Shown here one piece after another: positions 11,816-23,493 of a stretch of 64,000 bases of DNA. The stretch is from assembly GCF_001194135.2 (NCBI RefSeq), contig NC_068994.1, positions 22,666,698-22,730,697 on the forward strand, given 5' to 3'. This DNA is from Octopus bimaculoides. Taxonomy: Eukaryota. How positions within the stretch are numbered: position 1 is the first letter of the stretch; the number at the start of each line of letters is the position of its first letter. The position numbers and the translations under genes are program-made. Below the pieces are notes generated by a model. It was not told where the DNA came from. It did no database searches and was given only the letters and a program-made list of their open reading frames with translations.

Positions 11816-12070
11816 GAAGCAGCATCCAATATTATAAATAATTCCATATCCAATGGTCTATTTTCTTAAAATCCTAAACATTCACACATTCACACAAACA
11901 CACACGTAGATATGTATGCATGTGCACCCCTAAAAAATTTCAGTAAAATTGCCGTTACTCAAATAATATCAAAGGAAATCAAACAAAATTTATACTGAAA
12001 AAAATATATTATTCATGCAAACATTATACAAATTTGGAACACAAAACAATAAACATTTTCAAAGATATGA

Positions 12071-14195
12071 ATCATCATCATCATCATCGTTTAACGTCTG
12101 TTTTTCATGCTAGCATGGGTTGGATGGTTCAACCGGGGTCTGGGAAGCCAGGAGGTTGCACCAGGCTCCAGTCTGATCTGGCAGTGTTTCTATAGCTGGA
12201 TGCCCTTCCTAACACCAACCTCTCTGTGAATGTAGTGGATGCTTTTTGCATGCCACCAGCACAGGGGCCAGAGGAGGCTGGCAATGGCTACGATCGGTTG
12301 GTGCTTTTTACGTGCCACAGGCACAGAAGCCAGTCAAGGCAGCGCTGGCATCGGCCACGTTCAGATAGTGCTTTTTACGTGCCACCAGCACGGGTATCAC
12401 AGCTACAATTTCCATTTGGTTTTCATTTTGATGTTGATGTACTTGACTCAATAGGTCTCCTCAAACACAGCAGGTTGCCCGATGATCCAAGGTACTTTTG
12501 AATGGGCTGGGGTTGATTATGTGAAACTGGTGTAGGATACAGCCGTGAACTCACTTTATTCGCAGTCACAGCATATCTCCAGAGGTCTCAGTCACCAGTC
12601 ATTGCCTCTGTGAGGCTCAATGTTCGAAGGTCATGCTTGACCACCTCATCCCATGTCTTCCTGGGTCTACCTCTACCCTGGATTCTTTCAACTGTTTGGG
12701 AGTGGCACTTCTTCACACATGTCTCCTCATCTACCCGTAGTACATGATCATACTAGTGCAAATGTCTCTCTTGCACACCATATCCTATGCTTCAACATTT
12801 CTCTCAGGGCGTTTACACTCTGTCGTGTGTGCACACTGACATTACACATCCAGTAGATCATGCTCGCTTCATTTCTTTCAAGCCTATGCATGTCTTCAGC
12901 AGTCACAGCCCATGTTTCATTGCCATGAAGCATGGCAGTTCGCACACATGCATCGTACAATCTACCTTTCACTCTGAGCGAGAGGCCCTTTGTCACCAGT
13001 AGGGGTAGAAGCTTTCTAAACTTTGCCTAGGCTATTCTTATTCTAGTGGTAACACTCTCTGAGCATTCACCCCCATTACAGGCTTGGTTACCTAGGTAGC
13101 AGAAGCAATCAACTACTTCTAGTTTCTTTCCCCGGCATGTGATGGAGTCTGTTTTCTGAGCATCTGTGGTGTTATTTGCCCCTGTGCATCTGCTGCACGT
13201 GAAAGCTATCATCTCAGTTAATCTTCCTTTGATGTTGCTGCACCTCTTATGTGTCCATAGCTTACACTGAGTACATCTTATGGTGTTTCTACCTACACCT
13301 TTTCTACACATCGAGCAGGGCCACCTACCTGAGGGGGTGTGTGTGATGTGTTCGCCTTCCTACTTACTAGAACTTTGGTCTTTGCAACATTGACTCTAAG
13401 GCCTTTTGATTCTAAACCTTGCTTCCACACCCAAAATTTCTTTTCTAGTTCTGGTAGTGATTCTGCTATAAGGGCCAGGTCATCAGCATAGAGGAGCTCC
13501 CAGAGGCAACCCGTCTTGAATTCCTCTGTTATTGCCTAGAGGACTATGATGAATAAAAGGGGACTGAGGGCTGAACCTTGGCGGATCCCTACTTCTACTC
13601 AGAATTCTTCACTATATTCATTGCCAATCCTAACCTTACTAACGGCCTCTCTGTATAGGGCCTGTACAGCCCTTATTAACCATTCATCAATCCCCAGTTT
13701 CCGCATCGCCCACTAGATAAGGGATCGAGGGACCATGTCAAAGGATTTCTCCAAGTCCACAAAAGCTAAGTATAGGGGTTAATCTTTAGCTAGGTATTTC
13801 TCCTGCAGTTGTTGAACCAGGAATATGGCATCAGTGGTGCTTCTACCTGGCACAAAACAGAATTGCATCTTATCTAAGCAGACTCTCTCCCTAATGAGAT
13901 GGGCTATGACTCTCTCCGTGACCTTCATCACCTGATCCAGCAGTTTGATACCCCTGTAGTTATTTCTATCTAGAGCATCACCTTTACCCTTGTAGCAGTT
14001 GACTATGGTACTGCTACACCAGTCATTGAGTATGATTCCATCACATCATGAACTACTTGGTTTACAAATGTGGGTGACTAGGCCATAGTCCTCACCACCA
14101 GCATCTCAGAAGTGATTCCTGATGAGCCAGGGGCTTTTCCTGGCTTCATACCCTTAACTGCTTTATCTACCAGGGAGTTGTCTATTCATATAGCT
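12071..14195 (-). mobile_element. RTE-clade LINE, 5'-truncated (RT + PHD insert + 3' UTR + (GAT)n tail), pseudogenised
   Basis: GKAPG, QGSALSPLLFIIV, WELLYADD (13479-13490), LEVVDCFCYLG, GRGRPRKTW motifs; stops and frameshifts; (GAT)n tail at 12071. Confidence 0.9.
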
Positions 14196-14576
14196 TCTTA
14201 ACCACACAGCTATGCCTGCACATGTTTATTATTATTTTTTTTAATTATTGATATCCATTAATGAATTTGTGTTGCTATTTGGCTCCAGGTGCACACCAAT
14301 CAAGCAGAATTATGATTATCTGGCTTTTATGTATGTAAGGGATTAGTTGTGTGTGTGTGTGTGCGTGTGTGCCTTTGTGTATGTGTGCTTGCCATCCATT
14401 TTATGTTTGTTTTCCTGTGCTACCATGGCTTAGCTTGCTAGGCTGCCTTGATTGCCTTCCACATAATCCCTATTTTTCACTGCAATCCCTGTACCAGACA
14501 CTTTGGTGTCTCTGGAACTGATATACTGCAGCAGGTGGTCATGTACCCATGACACTATGAATTTCTGAGATAGAAC

Positions 14577-14618
14577 TGAGAAGTATCACACTGCTTCCAT
14601 GCAGTGTGATACTTCTCA
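14577..14618. repeat. Perfect 18-bp inverted repeat with 6-nt loop
   Basis: TGAGAAGTATCACACTGC-TTCCAT-GCAGTGTGATACTTCTCA. Confidence 0.95.
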
Positions 14619-14804
14619 AATTAATGGCAAACTCGGTCGTCTGCAAAGGTGGCTACTCACCATATTCTCTAAGCCCTCTGCTACTTCATGGGAACTTCAT
14701 AAACAAGCAGGGACCAGAGTATTCGAAGGAGGATCCCATGCTGCTAAGTCAAAGTCTTCAATCTTTCTAACAATCCATTCTTGTCTACAGCACTCAACCA
14801 GCTT

Positions 14805-15010
14805 TTACCTTTTACCTGTTTCAGCCATTTGACTGTGGCCATGCTGGGGCATACCTCTTGAAAGGTTTTACTTGAATGGATCAACCTCAGGACATTTTTT
14901 TTAAAGCCTGGTACTTATTCTATTGGTCTCTTTTGCTGAACCACAAAGTTATAGGGACAAACACACCACCACCAATTGTCAAGCAGTGGGAGACAAACAC
15001 AGACAGAAAG
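14805..15010 (-). mobile_element. SINE family A, 3' part
   Basis: Reverse complement of the 17380-17572 segment (TTTCAGCCATTTGACTGTGGCCATGCTGG...GTACTTATTCTATTGGTCTCTTTTGCTGAACC). Confidence 0.75.
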
Positions 15011-15027
15011 ACACCCCATCACATACA

Positions 15028-15069
<42 letters not shown>

Positions 15070-15079
15070 NNNNNNNNNN

Positions 15080-15116
<37 letters not shown>

Positions 15117-15129
15117 TATAAATATAACA

Positions 15130-15565
15130 TCATCACTATCATTATTCAACACCCATTGTTCATGCTAGCATGGGTTGGACAGTTTGACCAAAGCTGGCAA
15201 ACTGGGGAGCTACACCAGACTCTAGTCTGATTTGACATGGTTTCTACAGCTGGATGCCCTTCCTAACACCAACCACTTTACAGTGTGCTGGGTACTTTTA
15301 TGTGGGACTGCATGGGTGCTTTTATGTGATGCCACACTGGCATTTTTATATGGCACCACACGAGTGCTTTTATATGGCACTGCCATGAGTGCTTTTTACA
15401 TGACATCAGCACAGGACTTTTGTAGGTCAATCCTCACCACCAGGGGGACCAGTTTTAACACTTCTGCTGTGGAGTATGGGTTTTCTTGAGTATAGCAAGG
15501 TGCCAGGCATCTCGGTCTTTTATCATCTCGCCTGAAAAGTTTAGTGTCCTGAGGTCATTCTTCAG
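15130..15565 (-). mobile_element. RTE 3' UTR/tail copy with five 24-25-bp internal units
   Basis: Tail motif plus GTGCTTTTATRTGGCAC-like units at 15291, 15316, 15340, 15364, 15389. Confidence 0.75.
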
Positions 15566-15589
15566 CATACATATATATATATATATTTA

Positions 15590-15760
15590 TATACGATGGG
15601 CTTCTTTCAGTTTTTGCCTACCAAATTCACTCACAAGGTTTTAGTGGGCCTGACATTGCACTAGAAGACACTTGACCAAGGTGCCACACAGTGGGACTAA
15701 ACATGGAACTATGCAGCTGGGAAGCAAGTTTCTTACCACACAACCATACCTGCACCTATA
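15590..15760 (-). mobile_element. SINE family A, 5' part (a further partial copy at about 16000-16150)
   Basis: CTTCTTTCAGTTTTTGCCTACCAAATTCACTCACAAGG...CAAGGTGCCACACAGTGGGAC. Confidence 0.75.
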
Positions 15761-16744
15761 GACCAACTTTCCAGGTCTGCTCTGGTTGCCTTGATGGAGA
15801 TGCTTGCATAGGTCAGATAGAACTCGTTGAGGCAGATTTTCTTTGCTCAGATGCCCTTCCTATCACCATCCCTCACTTGTTTCAAAGTAAGGTATTATTT
15901 CCACATGACTAGACATGTGTTTATGGAAGATTAGAAATGAATTACACTGCTTGTATGATGGTTGTGCTCATTTAAAATTACCACATGATGTCAAGATGAG
16001 GAAACCAAATCCACTCACAAGGTTTTGGTTGGCCTGGGGGTATAGTAGAAGATGTTTACCTCAGGTCTCAAATAGTGGGTACCAAACAGTGGGACTGAAA
16101 CTGAAACCACATGGCTGGGAAACAAACTACTTATTCATGTAGTTATGCCTGTATTTATTGTTAACCTTTGGGTAGCACAAATACTTCTGCTAGATTACAC
16201 TAAAAAAACATATTTTCCCTTCATTTCTCAATTGTGTAAATTAAATCTAAATGTAGACCCAAATAAACAGATTTTAACTGAAATCATCTGGCACATTTGT
16301 AAAATTAAGTTACCAAGTCGAAGTAATATTTTATTGCAATGAACATTATTTAAGCACAAGGAAATTATAGTAATAAACATGGATATTTGATGTATATAAA
16401 GTGAAATGTTTTTAGAATAGATTTCATAGTCTGAACAATAAGTAGCTGTGCATGGACATGAGCACAAGTATGTATATGTGTGTATGAGTTGAGCAAATAG
16501 TAGACGATATGAATATTCAGTCTTTTCAAGTCAACTAAGGAATCAATATTGCCAATAAAATTAATGATATAAATACTATCCCCCTACCTCACTCTTCCCC
16601 AAGATCTCTCTCAGCACACTGCAATTAATTTCATGCAACATATGCAGAAAATTGTGCTAATTAAGTTTCAACTCCAGCATTTATTATATCTGAAATTAAA
16701 ATTAAGATATCACCAAGGAACATTAAAAAATAACTGTTCAAATA

Positions 16745-17135
16745 TAGGCACAAGCTAACAACTTTTAGGGGAGGGGGCTAGTTGGCTACATTGACTACAA
16801 TATTAGACTGATACCTATTTTATTATACTCTGGAAGGATGAAAAGTAAAGTTGACTGCAGTGGGATTTGAACTCAGAACATAAAGGACCAGAAGAAAAAT
16901 TGCAAAGCATTTTTTCTGATACTCTAATGATTCTGTCAATCCATCACCCTAAATTGTTTCTGATTTGGGCACAAGGCCAGCATTATTTAGTGAGAGGAGT
17001 AAGTAAATACCATTGACTACAGGACTTTATTTTATTGACCTTAAGAAGATGAAAGGCTAACTTCAGCAGTGTTTGAACTCAAAACAAACACTGCAAAGCA
17101 TTTTGATTGATAATCTAATGGTTCTGCCAATCCCT
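16745..17135 (-). mobile_element. Two tandem SINE family B copies
   Basis: Two successive GGCACAAG...GATGAAAG...TTTGAACTCA...GATTCTG(T/C)CAATCC units. Confidence 0.65.
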
Positions 17136-17182
17136 GACCCTCACATATTAAATATTAATAAAATCATGGATATCATTAAGTG

Positions 17183-17572
17183 TAGGAGTGGCTGTGTGGT
17201 AAGTAGCTTGCTTACGAACCACATGGTTCCAGGTTCAGTCCCACTGCGTGGCACCTTGCGCAAGTGTCTTCTACTATAGCCACAGGCTGACCAAAACCTT
17301 GTGAGTGGATTTGGTAGACGGAAACTGAAAGAAGCCTGTCGTATATGTGTATATGTGTGTGTGTATGTTTGTTTGTCCGTGTTTGTCCTCCCCAACATCA
17401 CTTGACAACAGATGCTGGTGTGTTTGCGTCCCTGTAACTTAGCGGTTCGGCAAAAAGAGACCCATAGAATAAGTACTAGGCTTACAAAGAATAAGTCCTG
17501 GGGTCGATTTGCTCAACTAAAAGCGGTGCTCCAGCATGGCTACAGTCAAATGACTGAAACAAGTAAAAGAGT
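17183..17572 (+). mobile_element. Full-length tRNA-derived SINE family A
   Basis: Pol III B-box GGTTCAGTCCC at 17232, CORE-like GCACCTTGCGCAAGTGTC, internal (GT)n, 3' GACTGAAACAAGTAAAAGAG. Confidence 0.85.
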
Positions 17573-18339
17573 AATCATTAGTGCCTGATAGGAGTATGGG
17601 TGTGGGTGTGTATGACTGCAATGAGTGCTACTGGTAACATGAAATCTTGTACAACTTGTTATATTGTTGGGTTAGTGACTAAAGTGGCACCTCACCAGGC
17701 TAGCCCAGAGGTTTTCAAAAAACCAAGCAGACAAAAGAACAGGTGAATCAGTACAATTTCTGTAGAATAGTGCACAAAGATATAGTAATACTTAAGATTG
17801 TGAATGAGTGTTCTGTAAGACCAATTTGGGAACAACAGACACACAGTTCTTGTTAGAACATCTCTTCAAGAAAGGAGCTGACAGGGACGTTTAAGTGTAG
17901 TGGATGTAACCTTACAGGTGAAATCAAGATACCAGAAGCCAGGAGAGTACACTCTAAGACAAAAGCATGTTTTGGCAGTAAACTTTAATGTATTTTCTCA
18001 TATACTAGATTTCTGGCAGTACGAGTTGTCTTAGATTATTCTTGCTACTAGATCTATTGCTTTCAAAGTAAAGATAGTGACACAGGAAAATGTGCACCCA
18101 AAACTTAATTGCACAGGTATTTTTTCATGCAATTTGGGTCACAGATCTTTATTCTCAGGGATAATCAATGTTACTATGGCACACGAGTATAACGCATGCC
18201 TACTGTAGTTTTATTGCCAGTTAGAGCACAAAGTAAGTGAAATATAGACAGTAGTAGTGATAATTCTATAGTTAGACACAGCAGCAATCACAAAAAGAAT
18301 TTCAGATGTTAAAACTACATTAAATGATGAATAATAAAA

Positions 18340-18735
18340 ACTTGAAATGATCCCTATACAACTTTATAAACCCTAGGGTTAAGTATTATAAGATATTGAA
18401 ACTTCCTATGATTGGTATATGTAGACAAATAGCTTGTGAGAACCATAGAGGTCAGGTACATGAGTACTGTCAGTACAGTAAGAGATACAAGTACAGAAAC
18501 AAATTTAGAGTGCAAGTAGTTCCCTTCTATTCATCATAATCCTCCAGAGTTTAAAAGTCAGATACCAATGGAAATTGCTATATGCTGGTGGCATCATTCT
18601 TACAGCTGAATCTGCAGCAAAATTAGAAAAGTAATTCTAAATGTGAATGCAAGACCTAGAATCAAAGGGTCTCAAAGTTTATTTACCAAAGACCAAATTT
18701 TATAGGAAATAGGAAAACAGACAGAACTCTGCTTC
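18340..18735 (+). mobile_element. Old RTE RT fragment
   Basis: WKLLYAGG (degenerate YADD) and DLESKGLKV...KT with stops. Confidence 0.65.
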
Positions 18736-18830
18736 TGTTGTAGTCAACAAGTACCAGTTGAGTACTGGGGTCAATGTAATCTACTTATCCCCTTCCCTGA
18801 AATTGCTGGCTTTGTGCCAAAATTTGAAAC

Positions 18831-19468
18831 TATTATTATTATTATTATTATTATAGACATCACACAGTATACAATATCGTGAGGTTGTTGATTGAAGATA
18901 TTGTGTCTACCGGGGGTTTGTACTGTCTGTCAAGTCACAACAANNNNNNNNNNGTACTCTACGCAATATGCATGCAGTTCCAAGTAATGCTGACTTTTGC
19001 AATACACCTAGATTGTAGGGTATTTCTGAAGTTTTCAGGTGGGTTTTTTTTCAGATTGGGTGGTATTGATGTTCCAATGAAAATAAGGATAACCTTTATG
19101 TTTGACTCTCGTAACTGTTATATCTTAGCGATCTCAAATCTTGGCTCTCCATATTTATCAACCTTTTCTCTTTCTTTCATGATGATACGTTGATCCCCTG
19201 ACACTGCCATGTCAATTATTAGGCATTCTTGTTTGTCCCTCCTAAAAGTTACTATATCTGGCCTTCAGTGCTCTAATACATTGTCTATCTGGAAGTCAAA
19301 GTCCCAGAGGATTTTTGCCTTCCCCTTTTCGTCCATTACCTTTTCCGGTGTATGTTGATACCAAGCACCCATAACCTCAGATCCATACTTATGGCATAGT
19401 AGCCAATGGAGGTTTTGGGTTACTTTGTCATGTCTACACTTGTACTCTTTCTGCACATGTTATTATTA
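18831..19468 (-). mobile_element. R4/Dong-like (restriction-like endonuclease) LINE, 3' fragment in a (TAA)n tract
   Basis: RHDKV..LHWLLC..YG, KILWDFDFQID..LEH*RPDIV, IIDMAV, LQKSALLGTACILRRV; TAA repeats at both ends. Confidence 0.8.
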
Positions 19469-19470
19469 TT

Positions 19471-20021
19471 ACTGAGTGAGAAAGCAACACATGCTATCAA
19501 AGTGACACTGGGGTACAAATATATGAAGCCCAATATACCATCATGACTACTTCTCTGATAAGGATACACCAACACATGCATCACAACCACATGTGCATGA
19601 CATGGTGATCTCATACCAAGATGAACAGCACATGACCTTGCAGATGGGGCCCAGTTAAAATTCTTTTCGGGTTAAGTAGCCCATCCCACTTAAAAGGTCC
19701 TTGAATAAGGGTTGTTTAAGAGGATAAATGAAACACTCATGTTTCCAGAGGTGAATTATTCAAACCCCAAAGAATTCCTCTCAATACATGGCTATGATGC
19801 CCCCCCCCACTACTCCTGCTTGTGATTAGAGATGCACATATCATCAGCCACTAAGGACATGCTCAACTGGTTAAGATCAAGAAACTGACAAAGCAAATCT
19901 GCAGTAGTGAGCAGAATGTTTGCTGTAGCCCATCTTTTACACCAAGACAAAAATATGATAACACTTCCAATCAGTTAAGATCCAAAGCCATGAGAGCCAC
20001 TGCCTGGTATTGCATTAGGGT
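19471..20021. mobile_element. Approximately 550-bp non-coding interspersed repeat (family C), copy 1
   Basis: Highly similar to 23674-24196; adjacent to TTA repeats; no ORF. Confidence 0.8.
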
Positions 20022-20034
20022 ATTTTCTTATTAT

Positions 20035-21117
20035 AGCTTTTTTATCTCAGGTTTTGTTGGAGTTCCTGGAGTCTTGCATGCATAATGGGCTTGCTACCTG
20101 CAGCTTATGATACCATGCTATCTGTTCTTTTCAACTTTCTAATGCTTTCCTGATTATTCTGGATGTGCCAAGGAAGCAAACCTTTTGTAAAAATTCTATT
20201 TGGTACTCTATTCCAATTTCCTTTATATTCCTTTTGATGCCTTCTGATACTGTCCTCAAGAACCCAGCAATAATTTTTGGCACTATCTTCACCTTCTTCA
20301 TTTTCCATAGCCAAGCTAATTTGTACTGAAGAGGACTGTATTTATCCATTTTTTCGCCTTCCTTCTTGAAGGGTCAAAGGGGCACACATCAACTATCTTG
20401 ACGACCACCACTAGGTCCGGTCTGTTATGCTCTAGCACCTGATCTGTTTGGATTGGGAAATACCAATTCTCCGACTCTGCCACTCTCTGCAGTTTGTGCT
20501 CGTACCACATCTTACCTCTCTCTAGCCCCCACTTTTCGCACAGTTTCCAATATAGCACTTTCACTACCTTATGTTGCCACAACTTGTAATAGTTTTGGAC
20601 AAGTCTAAGGTTTTCGATCATGATATGGGCAATGGTTTCATCCACTCTGTTACAAATGCAGCACAGCGGAGACACTTGCTCATTCCTAAAGTTGACCCTC
20701 CAATTCGTGGCCAAAGCTTGGTCTTGCACTGCCAGTATAGTGCTCTCAGTCTCTTTATTCAGTGTTCCTTTCTTCAGCCAATTTCACCTGTTTTCCAGCA
20801 ACTTCTGTTGTGGCTACATGGAATTGATTGTGTAGTCCCTTGTTGTGTAATGCATCTTAATGTCATTGTTCAACATTTGGTAATTTCAGGCAAAATTCTA
20901 CTGCATCAACTTCTACACATTCATGTTGTTGGGGTGTGTGCAGCATTGTATGTTCTTTTCTGTTGTTGGGAGTGTGCAAACTCTTCCCAGTATTGCATTG
21001 CACCAGTTTCTTTTTATTTCTGAGGTGTGGTGCAGTCTTTTGTTGTATTAGAGTTTGTATTGTGTGTTGTGTGTGTGATGCATCAAGTATCCAGCCTGCT
21101 TGTGTTAGTTTATTTCT
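20035..21117 (-). mobile_element. Second R4/Dong-like LINE 3' fragment
   Basis: QDQALATN, C..C....ETIAHI zinc knuckle, EHNRPDLVVV..IVDV RLE motif, LQKVCFLGTSRIIRKAL. Confidence 0.8.
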
Positions 21118-22620
21118 CAGAGCAACCACCCCCAGGTAGCAGAAGTTATTGATTACTTTTAGTTTTTCCCCCTGGCATGGGTCGCTGGTCCCTTACTTGC
21201 GTCAACCTTCGGCAGATTCTCCTCCTCCCATTCATTCTTCACATTCAGCAGTCTTTCATAATGGCATCTCCAAGCCTCTTTCTTTGCAGAATCATTAAAC
21301 GCAAGGACACCATCATCCATGTGGACCCATTTCTCTCCTATGACATCATGTTTTTCTCTCACAAACAGTCTTGCAATCCAAAATACTTCAGTTCTTTGGT
21401 CCTCACATCACTGAACATTGGCAAACTTCTTTTCTGCTACTCCCTTGGCTATATATATACCTGTCTCCTATCTTCCCTTTTGGCTATCTGATACAGTCTC
21501 CAGCTACCCCCACTCTTCCAGGCCTTCAAGGCCTGTTTCTTTGCTCTAATGGCCCTGTCTACAGTATTGTTCCACCACCATGTTACCCTAGGTCTGGAAG
21601 GGACTTTGCACCAGCCACAGATTTGGTCTGTGGTGTTCAGCAAGCTGTCTCACATGAATTCCCAGCTGCCTTCTATGTCACAGGACTGTAGCTCCTCCTC
21701 CCTATCATCAAATTTCTCAGTAAGGATATCCCTAAATCTCTGACCATGTGAAGGGTTCTTAAGCTTCCAAGTCCTTCTTTTCCAGATTGGTCTGCTTTTT
21801 GGCATCCTTCTGGCCTCAAGTCTAAAGTTAATAATAACTAGTCTATGCTGGGGGGTACATTCTTCACCAGGGAGGGTCTTTGTATTTAAGAGCAACCATG
21901 CATCCCGCTATCTAGTGAGAATGAAATTAATCTGGTTAGTAGAGTCACCTGATTGATAGGTTATCAGGTGGCTGGCTGGCTGGCTTCCTGAAGTTGGTGT
22001 TGCGGATCAATAGGTTATTTGCATCGTAGAACTCCAGGAGCCTAGTTCCCTCTTCATTTCTGGTACCAACTCCATGGCCTCCATGTACACCATGGAAGAT
22101 ACCAGGTTGCTGTCTGACATACCCATTAAAATCTCCAGCCACAAATATGAGATCATTGTCACTCATCTTTGAGGTAGCCTGCAGAAGAATATCATAAAAG
22201 TGATTCTTCTGTTTATTTGGTAGGCCTGCTCGTGGGGTATAGGCAGAGATAATTGTAGCTATACCATACTGCTAGACTAGCTTGAATTTAAGTACTCTAT
22301 TGAACACCCTCACTATCTCTATGACCTTACCCACCCATTTCTCTGCAAGAAGTATGCCCACACCCCCTATTCCATTACTATTACCTTCCCAGAAGAGTTT
22401 ATACCTATGTGCTTTGCCTGTGAGGACTCTGGCTGAAGCTCCTCTCCACCTTACCTCTTGTATGCAACACATCTCCATTCAAACATTTCTACAATCTCGC
22501 TAGACCTACCTTTCAACGTGCCTACATTTACAGTGCCAACTCTGAAAACTGGGAAAGAGATATAGGAGAAACACAAGAAGGAGAGATGTTATTCAGCACC
22601 TGAAAAGAAGGTTCCCATGA
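21118..22620 (-). mobile_element. RTE LINE 5' part (APE endonuclease + linker) with the RT core deleted
   Basis: CIQEVRW, GVGILL, AGDFNG, RNEEGTRLLEF, QHRLV, WWWN; GPAT is joined directly to CQGEKLKVINNFCYLG. Confidence 0.85.
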
Positions 22621-23054
22621 TCTTTTGGTAACAGACATCACAATAGTTGTTCTTGCTTTTAACCTCCCATCATTCAAATATGTTACAATTGTTAAGGCTG
22701 TTGACTCTACTGGGGAGTGGGAGTAAGGAAGCATTGTATATGAAAGTGTTTGGGGCGATGTAAATATAAGCATTATGAGCATTGTGGATGTAAGCATTAC
22801 TGATGCTGCAGATATGCTTAAAAAAAAAAAAGAGTGAGAAAGAAGGTAAATGGGCTGTTATCTGGTTTAGTTAGTCCAAAGATGGAGTGAGGAAGAGAAA
22901 GGAAAGGGCGGCGAGATTACCAATATAACAGGAGAGAGGGGAAGGGTAACTGGATGTCCAGGAAAAGAAACGAGATTTCTGGTAAGAGAAATGAGATTTC
23001 TGGTATTGGTGGTGGTGGAAGGGGAAAGGGTGGGTACAACCATTACAAGAGAGA

Positions 23055-23460
23055 GTCATTTAAGGAAACAGAGCAAACAAGAAAGAATTATTTTAGAGAA
23101 AAATATAAAATATGTATATACATGTAGCTAAGAGACAAGGTTAGTCATTTTAGGGGCAGAAAAAAATAAGAAAGAATTATTTTAGAGAATAGATGGGTTT
23201 GAATGAATGAGGTAATTAAAAACAAGGGAAATTCTTAGCTTAGCTGTGCATATTTTCAAGTGTCATCAAATGGCCAAATACATGGAATAAACTAATGAAA
23301 GTCTGAGAGGTGGGGAACAGGTGTGGATCGACAGCCAGAAATGGATGAAGATGGCAGACTTTTCTCTAAGGAAGTAAGAGAAATCGTAGTAACTGACCAT
23401 TGCATCCAGGAACAAGAGAGATACAGACAGGAAAGAGATTATTTTAGAGAACAGTATGAA

Positions 23461-23493
<33 letters not shown>

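Noticed and set aside
15291-15410. CRISPR-like array
   Set aside because: Units are degenerate 24-25-bp tandem repeats without unique spacers, inside a retroelement UTR in eukaryotic DNA with no cas genes.
17183-17260. tRNA genes at SINE heads (also 1344 and 35437)
   Set aside because: A/B boxes are present but there is no complete cloverleaf, and they continue into shared SINE bodies.
12071-22620. One full-length RTE split by a 7-kb insertion (EN at 21180-22620, RT at 12071-14195)
   Set aside because: The upstream copy has its own diverged downstream RT segment (KLKVINNFCYLG) right after the breakpoint, so these are two copies.
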